Source: an uncultured Actinomycetes bacterium | GTDB lineage: Bacteria; Actinomycetota; Thermoleophilia; Gaiellales; Gaiellaceae | Assembly: GCA_963769645.1 (NCBI GenBank) | Contig: CAVYMH010000002.1 | Coordinates: 512,903-576,902, forward strand | DNA: 64,000 nucleotides | Direction of reading: 5' to 3' | In this document: positions 62,328 through 64,000 of the stretch, in pieces | Layout: each line of letters begins with the position of its first letter | How positions within the stretch are numbered: position 1 is the stretch's first letter | Notes under the pieces: model-generated | What the model saw: only the letters and a program-made list of their open reading frames with translations | The model's database searches: none | What the model was told of the DNA's origin: nothing | Made by a program: the position numbers and the translations under genes

Positions 62328-63742
62328 AACCCCGTTGGGGAGTCGGGGCGCGGCTCAGCGCTGCCCTGCTGCTGGTGCTGGCAGGCGCCTTCGCCATCGT
62401 CTACGTCGCCGTCGTCCCCTCGCTCGAGCGCCGGCTCGTCGGCAACCGGCTCGACCAGCTGGAGAGCGCGGCGCTCAACCTCCGGAACGAGGTGCCGGAT
62501 CCCACGTTGCAGCAGGCCTGGGTCGACCTGACGTCGCGGCGCCAGAACGCCCGTGTGCTCCTGTACGAGTACCTGACCGTCGACCCGTCGAATCTGATCG
62601 TCACGCGCGACTCCGGCTTTCGCTCGACGGCGTTCAACGACGATCGCTTCGCCGAGCGAACAGGCGTCACGTTCGGGCTGGAGCGCGGCACGGTCGAGCG
62701 GGCCGGCCAGCGTTTCGCCGAGGTGGCCGTCCCCGTCGCCGAGACCGGGCCGTTTCTCCTGCTCAGCTCGTCGCTGGAGGATTCGCTCGACGCGGTCGAC
62801 TACGTGAAGCAGAGCATCCTGATCGCCGGTCTCCTCGCTTTCGGCGCCGCGCTCCTGGTCGGGTTCACGGGCGCGAACGTGTTCGCCGGTCGCATCCGGC
62901 GGCTCGAGCGTGCCGCCGAACGGATCGCCTCTGGGCACTTCGACGAGCCGGTCGTCGACACTCGGTCGGACGAGCTGGGCGAGCTCGCCCGCGCGTTCGA
63001 GCGGATGCGCGAGCGTCTGTCCGGCCTCGACCACGCCCGCCGCGAGTTCATCGCCAACGCCTCGCACGAGCTGCGGACGCCGATCTTCTCGCTCGGCGGC
63101 CACCTCGAGCTCCTGGACGACGAGGAGCTGGACGAGGAGACACGGCGGTCCTTCGTCTCGGAGATGCGTGCGCAGGTCGAGCGACTGACGAAGCTGACGA
63201 GCGAGCTGCTCGACCTCTCGCGACTCGACTCGGGCCGCCTCCGGGTCGAGCAGGAGCCCGTCGACCTGGCCGAGACGGTGCGATTCGTGGTCGCGGAGCT
63301 GGCGCCGCTCGCGCAAGCAAGCGGTCACGCGATCGAGCCTCTCGCCGAGGCCGAAGCCTGGGCGATCGCGGACGGCCAGCGCGTCCTCCAGGTGGCGCGC
63401 TCGCTCGTCGAGAACGCGCTGCGCCACACGCCCGAGGGGACGACGGTCCTGATTCGGGCCGAGCCGAAGGACGGCAAGGTGGAACTGGTGGTCGAGGATG
63501 ACGGCCCGGGCATCCCGCTCGAGCACCGCGCGCACATCTTCGAGCGCTTCTACCGGGTCGACGGCGCGATGGCGTCCGGGAGCGGGCTCGGGCTCGCGAT
63601 CGCGCGTGAGCTGGCAGAGCTGATGGGCGGCAGGCTGGAGCTGTCCGAAAACGGGGGCAGGACGCGCTTCACGCTCCGGCTACCGGCAGCGGAGGCGTTT
63701 CCACGTGAAAACGAGCTGGCCGAACGCGCCGTTTCCACGTGA
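62324..63742 (+). CDS. sensor histidine kinase (2 TM, HAMP, HisKA, HATPase_c)
   Basis: ATGA overlap with the response-regulator stop. FIANASHELRTPI (H-box)...DDGPGIPLEHRAHIFERFYRVD...GSGLGLAIAREL. Confidence 0.85.
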   Translation: MKPRWGVGARLSAALLLVLAGAFAIVYVAVVPSLERRLVGNRLDQLESAALNLRNEVPDPTLQQAWVDLTSRRQNARVLLYEYLTVDPSNLIVTRDSGFRSTAFNDDRFAERTGVTFGLERGTVERAGQRFAEVAVPVAETGPFLLLSSSLEDSLDAVDYVKQSILIAGLLAFGAALLVGFTGANVFAGRIRRLERAAERIASGHFDEPVVDTRSDELGELARAFERMRERLSGLDHARREFIANASHELRTPIFSLGGHLELLDDEELDEETRRSFVSEMRAQVERLTKLTSELLDLSRLDSGRLRVEQEPVDLAETVRFVVAELAPLAQASGHAIEPLAEAEAWAIADGQRVLQVARSLVENALRHTPEGTTVLIRAEPKDGKVELVVEDDGPGIPLEHRAHIFERFYRVDGAMASGSGLGLAIARELAELMGGRLELSENGGRTRFTLRLPAAEAFPRENELAERAVST

Positions 63743-63747
63743 AAACG
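63697..63747. repeat. two copies of a near-palindromic 17-nt element, GTTTCCACGTGAAAACG, 34 bp apart
   Basis: Copy 1 at 63697..63713 and copy 2 at 63731..63747. Each is centred on CACGTG. They straddle the HK stop codon and end 35 bp upstream of the next ATG. Confidence 0.6.
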
Positions 63748-63781
63748 GCTGTCGCAAGGGCCGCCGCTACAGTGAGCCCGC

Positions 63782-64000
63782 ATGCGCCCGGGCCTGGTCG
63801 CCGTCATCGCTCTCGTCGCGGCAGCCCTCGGCGGGCTGGTCGTGCTCGTGGGCGCGAACACGCTCGGTCTCGGTGACGCCGGCGACACGGTCGTCCTGAC
63901 TGCGCCAGAGGAGGACGACGCCGGATCGGCGAACGGCTCCGCGGCGCCCGCTTCCGTCAAGCCGCTGCTCGGCAACGGCTTCGATCCCGCGGCGATCTAC
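63782..64000 (+). CDS. secreted HtrA/DegP-like serine protease, N-terminal fragment (runs off the window end)
   Basis: MRPGLVAVIALVAAALGGLVVLVG (signal anchor)...SVKPLLGNGFDPAAIY. Position and N-terminal pattern resemble pepD downstream of mprAB-type two-component pairs. Confidence 0.4.
   Translation, partial: MRPGLVAVIALVAAALGGLVVLVGANTLGLGDAGDTVVLTAPEEDDAGSANGSAAPASVKPLLGNGFDPAAIY

Overview
Circular-chromosome origin region of a very high-GC (about 72%) Actinomycetota-type genome. The left half of the window is read on the minus strand and the right half on the plus strand, diverging from an rpmH|dnaA origin. The core is the gene block gyrA-gyrB-DUF721-recF-dnaN-dnaA (minus strand), a DnaA-box oriC, then rpmH-rnpA-yidD-yidC-jag-rsmG-parA-parB and a tRNA-Ile (plus strand). 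Around it lie: a TPP-riboswitch-controlled thiD-thiM-thiE-thiL operon; a fatty-acid synthesis II operon (fabZ-fabH-fabD-fabG-fabF) with accD-accA and birA; a three-domain LigD; an MrfA/YprA-like helicase; a PolX polymerase; an NfeD-stomatin-GalT group; a secreted amidase; an ABC exporter with a membrane HD-GYP protein; a class A penicillin-binding protein; a cell-envelope glycosylation cluster (GT87, DUF2079, GT4, GT2, plus a Ppm1-like synthase near the window start); and an OmpR/histidine-kinase pair followed by a truncated HtrA-like gene. No CRISPR array, transposase, integrase or canonical defence system was recognised. The dominant feature of the window is a very large number of apparent frameshifts (indels) that break many genes, including essential ones (gyrA, dnaA, dnaN, recF, fabH, fabD), into two to six frame segments, while neighbouring long genes (gyrB, fabF, accAD, ndh, amidase, M28 peptidase, HK) are intact. 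Coding regions were therefore reconstructed by stitching frames through recognisable conserved motifs, and coordinates are approximate. Most of the long six-frame ORFs in the track are antisense artefacts of this GC-rich DNA.
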